A DNA stretch of 64,000 nt from Octopus vulgaris (lineage: Eukaryota): NCBI GenBank assembly GCA_951406725.2, contig OX597824.1:75516001-75580000 (forward strand). The letters are read 5' to 3'. The notes below the pieces were generated by a model. It had not been told where the DNA came from, did not search any database, and saw only the letters and a program-made list of their open reading frames with translations. Shown one piece after another: positions 39,754-54,009 of the stretch. Each line of letters starts with the position of its first letter. The stretch's first letter is position 1. The position numbers and the translations under genes were made by a program.

Positions 39754-40105
39754 TGTACAGTTATAATTATGAAATTAATCTTTAAAAAATCCAAAGTCCA
39801 ATGAAAACATACATTCGCTCCTTTATTCCCCCTCCCCCCAGTCGTATTTTCCGGGAACGTTAGCTGGGTATTTATATAAGTACCGGGGTCGGTTTGTTCG
39901 ACCAAAACTTTTCAAAGTGGTGCCCCAGCGTGGCCACCGTTAAATCTGAAGCAAGTAAATTATTAAAGATATATGCTCAGAGTTTGGAGAAATAAAGTAT
40001 CTATTTCTGAGTTTCTCTCTATCTCTGTCACTCTTTCCTTCTCTTTCCTCATCTTTCTTCACTCATTTTTTCTACGTCTGTCATCCTGTTTGCCTTTCTC
40101 TGATG

Positions 40106-40159
<54 letters not shown>

Positions 40160-40384
40160 ATCTACTTACCTAACTACAATCGCTCATCAACTTTTTCAAG
40201 TACCACTTGAAAAGGAAGGTGAGAATGGAGAGGGAAGTTTTGTCTCGCGAAAGATTCAAAAAAAGATGGGTGAATGTTGCAAAGATGGTGCGTGCTAGTA
40301 ACGAAACCATTTTGAGCATGATCCTGTAGATCGTAAAAAAGAAAGAAAGAGAGCATTTTTGACCTCATGTGTTTATTTCTCCCT

Positions 40385-40640
40385 GACTGGGGTTCCCGTG
40401 GTCTTTTCTGTAGGCTTTTCTTCCCACGGATGAACCCAATCTTGTTATATCAATGTTTACACCATTATTTCTGTGATACACGATTTTCTTTTTTTTTCCT
40501 TTTTTCCTCCTCTCAATCCCTTTTGATCGCAATCTTACATTTTTTATTTTTTTCCACCCTCGAAAAGAAAAGCTCTGCATTTGTATTTGTCCCCTCTGTA
40601 TTCAGCCCTGTGTGGCTAATAAAAGAAAGTTATCTATCCA
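40385..40640 (+). mobile_element. Retroposon 3' end (same family as 34408-34895)
   Basis: GGTCTTTTCTGTAGGCTTTTCTTCCCACGGATGAACC..CAGCCCTGTGTGGCTAATAAAAGAAAG-TTATCTATC. Confidence 0.75.
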
Positions 40641-40780
40641 TTTGAGTTTTTTTCTGACGTGATTTCAAAAAAGATTCTATTTATTTATTTCATCATTCCA
40701 CCATACTATACCTTGTTAATATTATTTACAAGAACTACGTGTCAGGAAAAGATCACGAAATAGAGAAATAAGAAAGGATG

Positions 40781-40828
<48 letters not shown>

Positions 40829-41146
40829 GAGAGAGAGAGAGAAAGAGAGAGAGTGAGAGGGAAAGAAAGAAAGGACGAACAGGTGATTGTTTCTACAACC
40901 ATTTCTTTGAATAACAGTACATAATAGACAACCTTGGAGGTAAGAAACGGAAATAGTTTCCAGTATATAGTAGATCATATCTTGATGACAACCAACTGTA
41001 GATTTATGACACTGCACCTAAAAGAAGTTCTCAGCGCATTTCATTCGCGCCGTATGCTCACTGTTATTAAAAAGGTGATTTATAATAATGTCGATAGTTA
41101 TCGGTGTGGAGTTTTATGTTGGGTGCAATGCATTCTGCGTTCATAT

Positions 41147-41377
41147 TTATGAGTTTCTTTTTTTGTATAAACTGTCAAAATCTTTTCTATAGATCGTTCT
41201 CATTTGGGTCATTCGACTCATTTTATATGAGGATTGTTGGGCACATGATAGAAATCCAATGTTGCTAAAGCGGATGTTTAGAAAATGTTCGATAAACCTT
41301 GTGATTAATCTTTGATCAGCCTCATATGTAGTAGACCTCAAAGTTGGCACTTGATACCTGACGCTCACTAGTTCCAT
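41147..41377 (-). mobile_element. Possible degenerate PLE GIY-YIG fragment
   Basis: VRYQVP..TY..RLITRFIEH..IR resembles VVYxIPC..YIG.T.R.L..R..EH. Confidence 0.35.
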
Positions 41378-41609
41378 TCAATTGACCTATATGTTGGTAC
41401 TTCTCCATTTTCGGTCTTCTCTTACATTGAGAGCTCCAAAGTAATAGTTCCGACAGGAATAGCAACTCATCTTTCATCTTGGGTCAACTCAACCCCGAAT
41501 TAAATAATCGACTTATGTTCCACAAAATGATACGTACACACGCTATGATGTTTTCATACCACCACATTCACTAAATGCAAGATCATAACATACACAACAT
41601 ACACATATA

Positions 41610-42582
41610 CATTTAATAAAAACACTATTGCTTCAACTACGGCCTCCAGACGACTTCGGAATCTTCTGCAGCTCTTCTGGAGGTCTTCTTGTTTAAGTTG
41701 ATGAATGTTGCCATAATCTTTGCCTTCAGTTCATCTTTGGTGTTACAGGGAGTTTTGTTTGTCTCTCGCTCAACTGCGCCCCGCACATAATAATCAAGGG
41801 GGTTGCAGTGTGGAGAGTTAGGTGGCCAGCTGTTAGGAGTAATGTGGTCGCAGAAATTGTCTGGCAGCCATGACTGTGTTTTCTTGCCTGTGTGGCATGA
41901 TGCAAAGTCCTGTTGCCAGACATAGAGTCCTCCAGCAGCCACTCTCTTGACTCAGAGCAGTACTACCTCCCCCAGGCATTTGATGTAGTTGGCAGAATCA
42001 TTAGCAGGCAGGGCGAAATGCTTAGCGGTATTTCCTCTGCCGTTACGTTCTGAGTTCAAATTCCGCCGAGGTCGACTTTGCCTTTCATCCTTTCGAGGTC
42101 GATTAAATAAGTACCAGTTACGCACTGGGGTCGATGTAATCGACTTAAACCCTTTGTCTGTCCTTGTTTTCCCCCTCTACGTTTAGCCCCCTGTGAGCAA
42201 TTAAGAAATAGATGTAGGCCTCCGTTTTGAGTCTGAGGCTGTGTGAGAAGATAAATGGAGGCATAACATCGTCATCACTAGTGATCATTCCAAACACCAT
42301 GATGTTGACTGGATGTTTGATTTTTATCACTCTCGGTACATATCCCCAGACTGATAGCCAAACACGCTGAAATGTTCGTATTGGAGCTTCCAGTGCGAAT
42401 GCCAAGCAGTTCAGCATGTGGTTTCCAAATTTCTAGCAGAATGAAATGTGTCATAGTGCTGTTTTTCTCGCAGACGGTGCCCAACAGATCCTACTATACT
42501 GTGTAGTCGATAAAATCAAAAACAATGTGCATCCGTGAAATTGAAAATAGAAAATGGCTACAATTCCCCGTTGCACCCTGTA
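41610..42582 (-). mobile_element. Tc1/mariner DD37D (maT-like) transposon remnant, interrupted by SINE A
   Basis: IMVFGMITSDDDVMPPFIF..YVWQQD..SWPPNSPHCNPLDYYV; one end TACAGGGTGCAAC at 42582. Confidence 0.8.
41989..42210 (+). mobile_element. SINE family A nested in the transposase
   Basis: TSD GATGTAG at 41982-88 and 42211-17. Confidence 0.9.
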
Positions 42583-43304
42583 TATATTATCCACTGTTCC
42601 GTTATTGCTGGGGTAAACAAAAAAGAAAAAGAATCTCATCCATTTAGTGATAAATATTATTTTAAAAAATCCTCAGCGTGTGTGTTTGTGTGTGTAAGCG
42701 CGTATGTGTGTGTGTGCGTGCGTGTGTTTTGTTAATTGTTTTAGGTGCATAAATAATTAAATAATCGCAATCAGAGACAAATATGTAAGTAATATATACT
42801 ATACATAGATTATATAGATGGTACCCCATCATGGCTGAAATCTAATGATTAAAACATGTAAAAGATATAGATATGCATACACGTGCACATATGAAAACAT
42901 ACACACACACACATATTGTTCTTGCACGCGCAAGAACAAAAACAATTTTAAGATGTTGACGGCGAAGACACGATCTTCAAAGTGCTTGAAAACTAATTGA
43001 ATAAAGCAGACAGGTTAGCGTTGACAGCTTCCCGACATATGTCTAGTTTAATAAATGCTTTCTTTTATCGTGGTGTCATCTGAACAAACGTTTGCTTCTG
43101 TTTTAAACGTGTTGCAAGTGTCTAAAAGAACGAAAGGTAAATTGGAGACAGTAAGTGAACGAAGCAGTGGGTGAGAGAGAAAGAACGAAAGAGGGGGAGC
43201 GGAGGGAGAGACAGAGAGAAAATTGAAACCATTGAAAACATAGTCAAACTCATGGCAATGTAAACAGTATAACAGCCATATACATACATACATGCCTACA
43301 TACG

Positions 43305-43398
<94 letters not shown>

Positions 43399-43614
43399 AA
43401 CACACACACACATACGTGTGTATCTTTAGTTTATTTGTTTCAGTAATTTAGATTGCGGTCGCATAATGTGTATCGTCTATATATCCATGTATGCATAATG
43501 TGTCCGTGCCTGTGTGTGTGTAAACATGTGTGTGTGTGTTTTGTTGTCTTACCATTTCTATCAATATACATACATACATACATACATACATACATACATA
43601 CATACATACATACA

Positions 43615-43645
<31 letters not shown>

Positions 43646-43786
43646 GCGAGAGGTATTGGTATCTAGAAAACCCAAAGATATAGTCTTACAGCTGTAAGAC
43701 AATATCTATATCTTTTTTTCCTTAAAAATGCCCTGAAAATTACTCAGCCTTGACTTTGTTATCTCATTTTGTCTAATATATATATA

Positions 43787-43980
43787 TATTGATAGTTATC
43801 GCCAAGCTAACATGGCAGTCCAGAAAAATAGGACGAATGCTGCCGTTGATTAGCTCCAAGAGGCCATCGCCTCTAGCTAGCTATGTGACACACAAACCTG
43901 TGTCCATTATAACCTTCGAACAGGCAGCATTCGTCCTATTTTTCTGGACTGCCATGTTAGTTTGGCGATAACTGTTAATA
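43787..43980. repeat. 58-bp inverted repeat with 78-bp spacer next to (TA)n
   Basis: Arms 43787-43844 and 43923-43980, 3 mismatches. Confidence 0.92.
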
Positions 43981-44164
43981 TCCAGTACCGCTGCCATAGT
44001 CTCCTTTAGAGAGAATTAGAAAATTTGATATTTCTATTTTTGAAAACCAGTGGATGTATTCCACTGAATTTAGGTAAACAATCCTTCGAACAGTCAGTCA
44101 GCGGAAATTAATATATAGACATCAATTTATTAGAACAAATTCCATTCGGTATAACATCAAATTC

Positions 44165-44282
44165 TTTATACCTACAGCTGTTTCCATACCCAATTAATTC
44201 AATTTGAGTAATGAAATGAAATGAAATTAATTTGAATTTTCGTATCGAATATCGTAAATTGGATATTTCGTCAGGGGAGAAA
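44165..44282 (-). ncRNA. Hammerhead-like motif with long stem II
   Basis: Minus strand: CC-CTGACGA-AATATCCAATT..AATTGGGTATG-GAAA-CAGCTG-TA-GG; palindromic stem III; stem I only 2 bp. Confidence 0.55.
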
Positions 44283-44821
44283 ATTTGTTAGAAAGGAGCT
44301 ACATCCCAACGTGTTTGTTGACCTTTGATAGAATCAGATCTGTGTGTTTTAGCAAATTTTAGGTCAATAAAGCAGAGTTAAAGAAGTGCGAATGAGTTAA
44401 ATACGTCAATATTAGCCGACAGTTGCGTAATTCTTTTTGAAATTCCTGTTACTATTGATTTTATTACATTCGGGAGGTGGGTGATTAAAGGATCTGCTCA
44501 CATACCTGGTAACTTCGTCTGGTTTCCTATAGACGTAATATAACTCGAACATTTCGTCAGGGGAGAAAATTTGTTAGAAAGGAGCTACATTCCAACGTGT
44601 TTGTTGACCTTTGATAGAATCAGATCTGTGTGTTTTAGCAAATTCTAGGTCAATAAAGCAGAGTTATAGAATTAAATACGCCAATATTAGCCGAAAGTTG
44701 TGTAATTCTTTTTGAAATTCCTGTTACTGTTGATTTTATCAGATTTGGGAGGTGGGTGATTAAAGGATCTGCTCACATACCTGGTAACTTCGTCTGGTTT
44801 CCTTTAGACATAATATAACTC
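44265..44821. repeat. Tandem duplication, period 286 bp
   Basis: Copies 44265-44546 and 44551-44821, both starting ATTTCGTCAGGGGAG. Confidence 0.92.
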
Positions 44822-45091
44822 CGAGTTTATATTTAGTGTAGTTTTTACACCTTAGTGTCGTACTCAAAAGTGAGCCCTAGGTTAAAACTTTTCAAGAATT
44901 TTCTGATTTTCTTCCGCATTCTTTCAACTATGGTTTTACTATTACTAGGTGTAATAACAATTACATGAATTTTTTTTAAATATAGAAATAAGACCAATCT
45001 AATTGATAATAAATTAGATCTTAGACTGTCATGTGTTCATAAGATTACCAGTACCTTTAAATACTTTAGAAGCTAATAATCATTTAGTATT

Positions 45092-45170
<79 letters not shown>

Positions 45171-46003
45171 GACTGAAAGATTTTTTTCTTTAACCTCTTT
45201 GATCTATTAACTACCCAATCCCAGTGGTGAATTTATTCTATCACAGTTGATATAAATATAGCATTTTTCCTAACGGGTTATCAATTTTCAAATCTCTCCC
45301 AATTATAAAATATAGTCTCTATGATCTGTTACTATCATACCTCATTCCTTGTTCTTCTTTGATTTTATATATATTTTATTAATCTATTTCTAATGATAAA
45401 TTTACTTCTATTTTAGTTCCATTATAATCCGGTATACTTATGCCTCTTTCCATCTAATATTAATAATTAATATTCTTTTCTACTCTAGGCGCAAGGCACG
45501 AAATGTTTTTTGGGGGAAGGGGCCAGTTGATTAGATCGACCTCAATACGCAACTGATACTTAAATTACCGACCCCGAAAGGATAAATGACAAAGTCGACC
45601 TCGGCGGAAATATTAACTAATATTCTGATTATAAGATTTATATAACAATTTCATTCTTTATTTTCATTTTATATTACCTTATTTCATTTTATATATCTTG
45701 GTATAGTATCTCTCATTGGTTTACTTTTATAAAATTTTTCAAAACAAGAATTTTTTAATATAATTTTTTATAATTTTATAATTATAGTTTTTATTTTAAT
45801 TCTTCTCTCAGATATTTTCTTATCTTTCCTCCTATACTTTATAAATCTTAATATTTTATATACTCTTCATATATTTTTCATAATTTTTGTATGTTTTATT
45901 AATATTTTGACAGTTTTAAATTTTTTATCATGTATCCTACTGTGTACTGTGTACTGTGAACCTAAAATGATTATATATTTTATTCACATTACATTTTTTT
46001 ATA

Positions 46004-46401
46004 TACTCTTTTACTCTTTTACTTGTTTAGGTCATTTGACTGTGGCCATGCTGGAGCACCGCTTTTAGTCGAGCAAATGGACCCCTGGACTTATTCTTTG
46101 TAAGCCTAGTACTTATTCTATCGGTCTCTTTTGCCGAACCGCTAAGTTACAGGGACGTAAGCACACCAGCATCGGTGCGTGGTGGGGACAAACACAAACA
46201 CACAAACATATACACTCACATACATATACATATATACGACGGGCTTCTTTCAGTTTCCGTCTTCCAAATCCATTCACAAGGCTTTGCTCGGCCCGAGGCT
46301 ATAGTTGAAGACACTTGCCCAAGGTTCCACGCAGTGGGACTGAACCCGGAACAATGTGGTTGGTAAGCAAGCAACTTACCACACAGCCACTCCTACGTCT
46401 A
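46004..46401 (-). mobile_element. SINE family C
   Basis: Full head to tail. Confidence 0.9.
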
Positions 46402-47267
46402 TATATTCTATTCTATATATTTTATATGTTTAATATTTTCATGTCTTTATATATATACATATATCCTTTATATTTTTTATATTTTCTTACATTATATTTT
46501 ATATTTATATTTGTTTCATATTTTTACAGTTTTTATAGTATAAAAATATGGTGGCAATTTATAATTTTTAATGTTTTTCATAAAATTCGTTACATACTGC
46601 TATCTTATATTATCGTATATCAAATTATACGTTATCCCCTTATTTAGGTATATTTGAAATTTCTTGCTAGACTTTATATATATATATATTTACATGTTGC
46701 TTTAACGGTTTAACTTAAACTAAAGTAAAAACTCCTTCAATTTATATTCCACCTTTGAGAGGTATTCCTTTCAACAGTTCGCTTAAAGATGACAATCAAA
46801 ATAAGCTTTATCAGATATCCTAATCCCCACTTTTCCTTTCTGTTATCACCACTCCGTCATCAGACATTCTCGTTTAACACCTCATGATCTACCCTTTGGT
46901 GTTGATATAGCCGGATTTAAAGTTCCATTTTCTTAGATAGTAGAACGGTCTGTCATGATACTAATTAAATTATGATTCCCTAAAGATCTAATTTTAGATG
47001 TTTTGAAGACTACTATATATTGCGTGCAGAAGCGAGCTCATATCATCTCAAGCAGACTAAGTGTCCATTACTTTGGAGTGTCAGAAATAGCTCGAAACGA
47101 TGTGTACATGAGGTCGTATAAATACGGAAAACAGTACTGGGAAGAAGGTAAAATTACAAAGTGCATAGGAAAAATGATGTAAGGAATTAAAAGCAGAAAA
47201 TGTATTGAAAAAAGACAGAAATTAAGAAGAGAGTCATGGAACACGAACCAGGCAGATGGGAAGAAAA

Positions 47268-47850
47268 GCGGCGAGCTGGCAGAAACGTTAGCATGCCGGG
47301 CGAAATGTTTAGCGGTATTTCGTCTGCCGTTACGTTCTGAGTTCAAATTCCGCCGAGGTCGACATTGCCTTTCATCTTTCGGGAACGATAAATTAAGTAC
47401 CAGTTACACACTGGGGTCGATGTAATCGACTTAATACCTATGTCTGTCCTTGTTTGTCCCCTCTGTGTTTAGCCCCTTGTGGGTAATAAAGAAATAGGTA
47501 TTTCGTCTGCCGTTTCCTTCTGAGTTCAAATTCCGCCGAGGTCGATTTTGCCTTTCATCTTTTCGGAGTCGATAAATTAAGTACCAGTTACGCACAGGGG
47601 TCGATGTAATCGACTTAAACTCTTTGTCTGTCCTTGTTTGTCCCCTCTATGTTTAGCCCCTTGTGGGCAATAAAGAAATAAGAATCGTTACCACAAAATA
47701 CTTAGCAACATTTCATTTGGCTTTATTTAGAGTTCAGATGGCTTTCATCCATTCGGAGTCAATAAAATAAGTACCATTTGAGCAATGGGATCGATACAAT
47801 TGATTTCTACATTCCCTCAAAATTGCCTTATGCCAAAAATTTGAAAGCAC
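47268..47850 (+). mobile_element. Compound (three-module) SINE A
   Basis: Same module junctions as 10259-10855. Confidence 0.85.
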
Positions 47851-48512
47851 AACCACATGCTTTATTGGTTACTCTAAAAAGAAAGATGGCGCCGAAATAC
47901 TCCAGATTAATTATACTTGCAATAGTAATGTGATAAGATATGAAAATTCCATAACACTACATGGAAGTTTAGGTCTCTCACATCTAACGACAATACTATA
48001 CTGCAAAGTACTTAGTCATAGGAAATACAGCAACAGCTGCGCTGAGCGCTATCAGTATATTTTTACTGAACATATAGCTAGATATGCTTTCCGGCGCATC
48101 TGTCTACTAAAGTCATTAATAAATAAATGTTTACAGTTTCATGTAAACTGAATAAAAAGACAAAAAAGAAAAACTGTTCAAGGAATACATGCATATATCT
48201 ATACATACCTACATACATATTTTATTACTTCGCTTAGGCATAACGATGCTAAGAACTTGGTGTTAGAGCTCAAAATATCTATACTTCATGACAAAGTGCC
48301 TGTTGAATACAGAGCTCTAATAAGAAATTAAAATGACAAAGGAATAAGATATTATATCATGGACTTCATTAGCTTAAAGCTATTTCTGCTATAGATGCAA
48401 TGCACTCGCAGTTGAATCTTTATGTATCACCTTATAGCTTCATCGGAGCTTCAAATGTGAAATTATAACAGGAACATCTGTAAGGTAATGAAATTCCTGA
48501 CATAATTTCTTA

Positions 48513-48926
48513 ATGCCAGCACCGCCTCGACTGGCTTCTGTGCCGGTGGCACATAAAAAGCACCATCCGAACGTGGCCGATGCCAGCACCGCCTCGACTG
48601 GCTTCTGTGCCGGTGGCACATAAAAAGCACCAACCGATCGTGGCCGATGCCAGCACCGCCTCGACTGGCTTCTGTGCCGGTGGCACATAAAAAGCACCAA
48701 CCGATCGTGGCCGATGCCAGACCCCTCTGGCACCTGTGCAGGTGGCACGTAAAAAGCACCCACTACACTCGCGGAGTGGTTGGCGTTAGGAAGGGCATCC
48801 AGCTGTAGAAACACTGCCAGATCAGACTGGAGCCTGGAGCAGCCCCTGGTTCCCCAGATCCCGGTCGAACCGTCCAACCCGTGCTAGCGCGGAAAACGGA
48901 CGTTAAACGATGATGATGATGATGAT
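48513..48926 (+). mobile_element. SINE-like 3' portion with internal 67-bp tandem repeats and (GAT)n tail
   Basis: Units at 48513, 48580, 48647 plus variant at 48714; GGCGTTAGGAAGGGCATCCAGC resembles the Meta/RUDI SINE domain; older copy at ~30805-30920 (-). Confidence 0.7.
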
Positions 48927-49106
48927 TGTCATTTTAATTTTTTATTACTACATACGCACATACATACATGCATGCATACATATATACATGCATATATATA
49001 GATGCATATATACATACATACATACATACATACATACATACATACATACATACATGCATGCATACATACATACATACATACATACATACATACATACATA
49101 CATACA

Positions 49107-49140
<34 letters not shown>

Positions 49141-49269
49141 CATATTATACATACATACTAGGTTGTTCCGAAAATAATGGATGATTTCATAAACATAATT
49201 TTATTCTGAAAAAAATTAACAATAGAAATGTTTTGATTGGTCAAAGTATGAACCGTGAACATCTAATCA

Positions 49270-49336
<67 letters not shown>

Positions 49337-49382
49337 GATAGATAAATAGATAGATACATACATACATAAATAAATACATACA

Positions 49383-49415
<33 letters not shown>

Positions 49416-49482
49416 GCATTCATACATATATATATACAGACACATACATACGTGCATACACACACACATATATATACACGCG

Positions 49483-49529
<47 letters not shown>

Positions 49530-50170
49530 GTTGTATGTACACGTGCATATGTGTGTGTATGGGTATAGCCACATATATATTTCTGTGTGTATCTGTATAT
49601 GTACGCTGCATACGTTGCACGTGCGCATGTATGTATCTACGTGTATGCGTGTGTGTGCGCGTGTGTGTATGTGTGCGTGTGTGTGTGTACGTGTATATGT
49701 GTGTTTCTTTTAAAATGAGTTTGTATTGAATGTTGCTGCAGATCCAATGACAAAGATTTCATTAACAACAACAAAGTAGAAAACAGGTAAGCTTATTCTG
49801 AGTAACCTGTAACTATTCAAATGAAACGTTGGTCAGGACTGAAAATGTGTGATGGCGATAGAAATGAACCGAATCTATGTTCAGACTGCATCGAAAAGTT
49901 GAGTGAAACAGCAAGTCTTTATAACGTCACGGTCGCTTGACATACAGGAAATATTAGCTAAATTTCTCTCAGATCACAATCTAGTGTCAAAATAAAAACG
50001 TTAAGAAGGTGAATTTGAATTCCAAGTTTCCTATCCCTCCTTTTTTTAAGACACTACGGATGTGGTTGAATGTATCTACAGCTGAAATACCTTTGATCAT
50101 AAGTCTGCTCTATCAGAATGGAACTTAGGCTCATCTACAAGAGAAGCAATAATTATGGCTATATCGAATA

Positions 50171-50563
50171 CTAGCAGTATCGCCCGGCGTTGCTCGGGTT
50201 TGTTTTGACCCTTTAGAATTGGAATTTTTGAAAAGTAAAAATTTTGCATTATGTAGCTTGTTATTCTCTTTAAGTGAACATCTTTCTGGTTGAAATACAC
50301 CGAAAAGTGGCGACACAGCAGTAAAAAAATCGTAAAAAATAGGGATTTTCATAGAAAAAAAAGGAAACCTTTTTGATGTAAATAATTTTTGGTCGTAACA
50401 TGGTCCGATTTGACTTTTATCTTCTACGGAATGAAGAGCAAGCCTTCTTCTATCATACTCTCAATTTTGGTCAACTTGCGCCGCAAGGTCTCGGAGGAGA
50501 TAGTGTTAGTTGAAGGCTACCAAACCTGCCACACACAGACAACTTCAGCTTTATATATATCGA
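50171..50563 (-). mobile_element. Non-autonomous Helitron
   Basis: Minus strand: A|TCGATATATATAAAG 5' end; 3' hairpin CCCGAGCAACGCCGGG, then CTAG|T. Confidence 0.85.
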
Positions 50564-50819
50564 TTACGAACAGGGAAGTTATTAAACCAGTGACTGCAGT
50601 GTTTGAAGTGACTGCAGTATTCAGCTAGATACATTCTCGTTGTGAGATCACATGCTGTCCAAATTAAGACAATTCAGCTCTTTTATCTAGAGATAATAGA
50701 ATATGTACCAGTGAAATACTGGGGCCAGTTACAACGACTGAAAACTTGTCCTCAACTTCCTAGCCTTACGCCAAATTTGCGAAGTATTATTTAAGTCCAA
50801 TATTGATACAAAATGCATC

Positions 50820-51025
50820 AATATGGCGCATATTTCGTATAATTATTCGACATCTTTTTGATATAATTAAAATGTCACCTGCTTTTTAGTTTAATTAAAA
50901 CGATGCCTTTTCGGTTTAATTAAAACAGCGTTCGCTTAGTGTAATTAAAATTGTGCCTATTTGCGGTAATTAAAACGGCGCTATTTTGATATAATTAAGA
51001 TGGCGCTTGTGTAGTGTAATTGAAG
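50820..51025. repeat. Degenerate 25-bp tandem repeat with conserved TAATTAAAA core
   Basis: TAATT cores at 50892, 50917, 50942, 50967, 50992, 51017, plus 50864. Confidence 0.8.
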
Positions 51026-51494
51026 GTGATGATCTATAGGAACGTTTCGCAACCCGAGGCACACGAGTTATATCTAAGAGATCCAATATTTCGAATAGCG
51101 AGTGTCCAAGGTCATTAACGAGAAGGAAAAGATGTTAAATACAAAAATTTGTGAAATTGAAACTACAGCAACTGAAATCCTATTGGCTAAATCTTCAATT
51201 AACAGCAAACTCCCTCGAATTCGTACTCAACCTTCTCAAAAATCGCTGAACACGCTTTTGCAAGTAATGCTTCTGTGTTGCTTCTTGGTCCACGTGCGTT
51301 GAAGTGCAGTATACAAATTACTATTGATATCACTCTCTACTGTCTTACAAATGAGGGACTGACACATCTGGTAATGTTGTCCTAGATACACTATGTCGGA
51401 CTAATGAATGGGCATCATCGCGGTGAAAACGTTTTGATTATTATTATTATTCAGTGAAAACGTTTTATTATTATTATTATCATTATCATCATCA

Positions 51495-51535
<41 letters not shown>

Positions 51536-51883
51536 GAGTGAGAGAGCAGCGCATGCCATCAAAGTGACACTGGGGTAAAATATACGAAGCCCAATATACC
51601 CATCATGACTACCCGTCTGATAAGGGTACACCAGGCACATGCATCACAACCATATGTGCGCGACATGGTGATCTCATATCAAGATAAACAGCACATGACC
51701 TTGCAGGTGGAGCCCAGTTAGAATTTTCTTTTGGTTGAGTAGCCCATCCCGCTCAAAAGGTCCCTGAATAAGGATTGTTTAAGGATGTTGAAAGAACCAC
51801 CCATGTTTCCAGAGGTGAATTATTCAAACCCCAAAGAATCCCTCTCAACACATGGCTATGATGCTCCCCCACTACTTCTGCTC

Positions 51884-51884
<1 letters not shown>
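51536..51884 (-). mobile_element. Family E copy inserted in (TTA)n
   Basis: Reverse complement of 6243-6591, (TTA)n on both sides. Confidence 0.88.
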
Positions 51885-52420
<536 letters not shown>

Positions 52421-52681
52421 TTATATACCTATGATGAGTCACTTAAGACGGATTGGAAAGATGTGGAAGAGGTAGAGAAAGTGAAGTTCTTTAACATGAA
52501 AGAGATAGTAAATAGAAATCTTCACTGGTTTGAACACGAACAAAGAATGGATTAAAAAAAAACAACTACCTGGTTAACAAGACATGAAAGCTCACTGACA
52601 ATTGTCTTTCTGATTCGAAAATTCAGCATACAGCTTCCCCACCCCCACACACAAACACGCATCTATACCTCCGACTGCAAT

Positions 52682-53068
52682 GGATGGAAGCACTCCGTCG
52701 GTTACGACGACGAGGGTTCCGGTTGATCCGATCAACGGAACAGCCTGCTCGTGAAATTAACGTGTGTGGCTGAGCACTCCACAGACACGTGTACCCTTAA
52801 CGTAGTTCTCGGGGATATTCAGCGTGACACAGAGAGTGACAAGGCCGGCCCTTTGAAATACAGGTACAACAGAAACAGGAAGTAAGAGTGAGAGAAAGTT
52901 GTGGTGAAAGAGTGCAGCAGGGATCACCACCATCCCTGCCGGAGCCTCGTGGAGCTTTTAGGTGTTTTTTTCGCTCAATAAACACTCACAACGTCCGGTT
53001 TGGGAATCGAAACCACGATCCTACGACCGCGAGTCCGCTGCCCTAACCACTGGGCCATTGCGCCTCCA
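52682..53068 (-). mobile_element. SINE family D (tRNA-like head), full length
   Basis: 13-bp TSD CTCCGACTGCAAT at 52669-81 and 53069-81. Confidence 0.92.
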
Positions 53069-53129
53069 CTCCGACTGCAATACAAGAACGATCTAAGATG
53101 TGGTACACGTTGCTGTGTCACAACTTAGG

Positions 53130-53700
53130 GCAGAAACCTCTGGAGAAGAGACACAGAGGCAGGTAGATTCTTTTCTGGTATTAAAACTCGCCTCACCACC
53201 ATACATGGGCAGTTGTCACAGACTATCAGATGGACATCCTTTGTGGTCAGCCCGAATAAATGAGCCTTAAACTTTGAGAGAAAACCGACCTGATTCTGTT
53301 TTGATTTTACATGTCGCCTCGAAATTCTATATACGGCCAGTATATAAAACGGCGACAATCGGGTGCCGTAATGTAGGTTAATCTGGGACCTTAGACAGAT
53401 GGCGGTCAAGTTGTTTCTTGAAAGACAAAAAAAAAAAAACACTACCCCTACTCCACGTAGATCTCTCTGATTCTTTGGCAAGAGAGTCTAAGATGGCGAT
53501 GAAGTCCGAATGTAAAATGTTTTAACGGAAATCCACAACAATTCTCTTTGACATCTCCACCGCAGACGCTCTTTTAATATTGATATGACATTTCTAACAT
53601 TGGCACCGATTTGGAACATTTCAGATCTGGCATCTTGTGAAAGGATGTCGAATCAGATAAATTCAATGAGCCGTGACACCGTCTTTGAAGACGGCTCTCA
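53130..53700 (-). mobile_element. Possible degenerate L1/Tx1-type AP endonuclease fragment
   Basis: SDFIAILD (cf. GDFNAILD) near 53500 and ADHK (cf. SDH) near 53245, in different frames. Confidence 0.3.
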
Positions 53701-54009
53701 CCATTGTTTCATTGAAGCATAATGCCCCATATTTAAAGGTCATCTTAACTGCTGCTTTATTGAACTGTAAAACTGTTCTCTAAGTTGAGAGAAAGATAGT
53801 TTTCTTTCTGATGTTGTAAATGAACTATGGTCATGAACTATGATTCATTCTTCTTTCTCTCTCTCTCTCATTCTTTCATTCTTTATCGCTTTTCCACACA
53901 CACACACACACACACACCGTCAGTTTGTATGTTTCCTTTTTAGATGAGAGATAACGTGTAATAATACTACAGCCATATTCACACACACAGGCAAGAAAGA
54001 GTTCGACAG

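Noticed and set aside
46700-47020. Possible CR1/Jockey LINE 3' end
   Set aside because: Peptide similarity too degenerate to support
50820-51025. CRISPR-like repeat-spacer array
   Set aside because: Conserved part is only 9 nt and the spacers are mutually related; eukaryotic context
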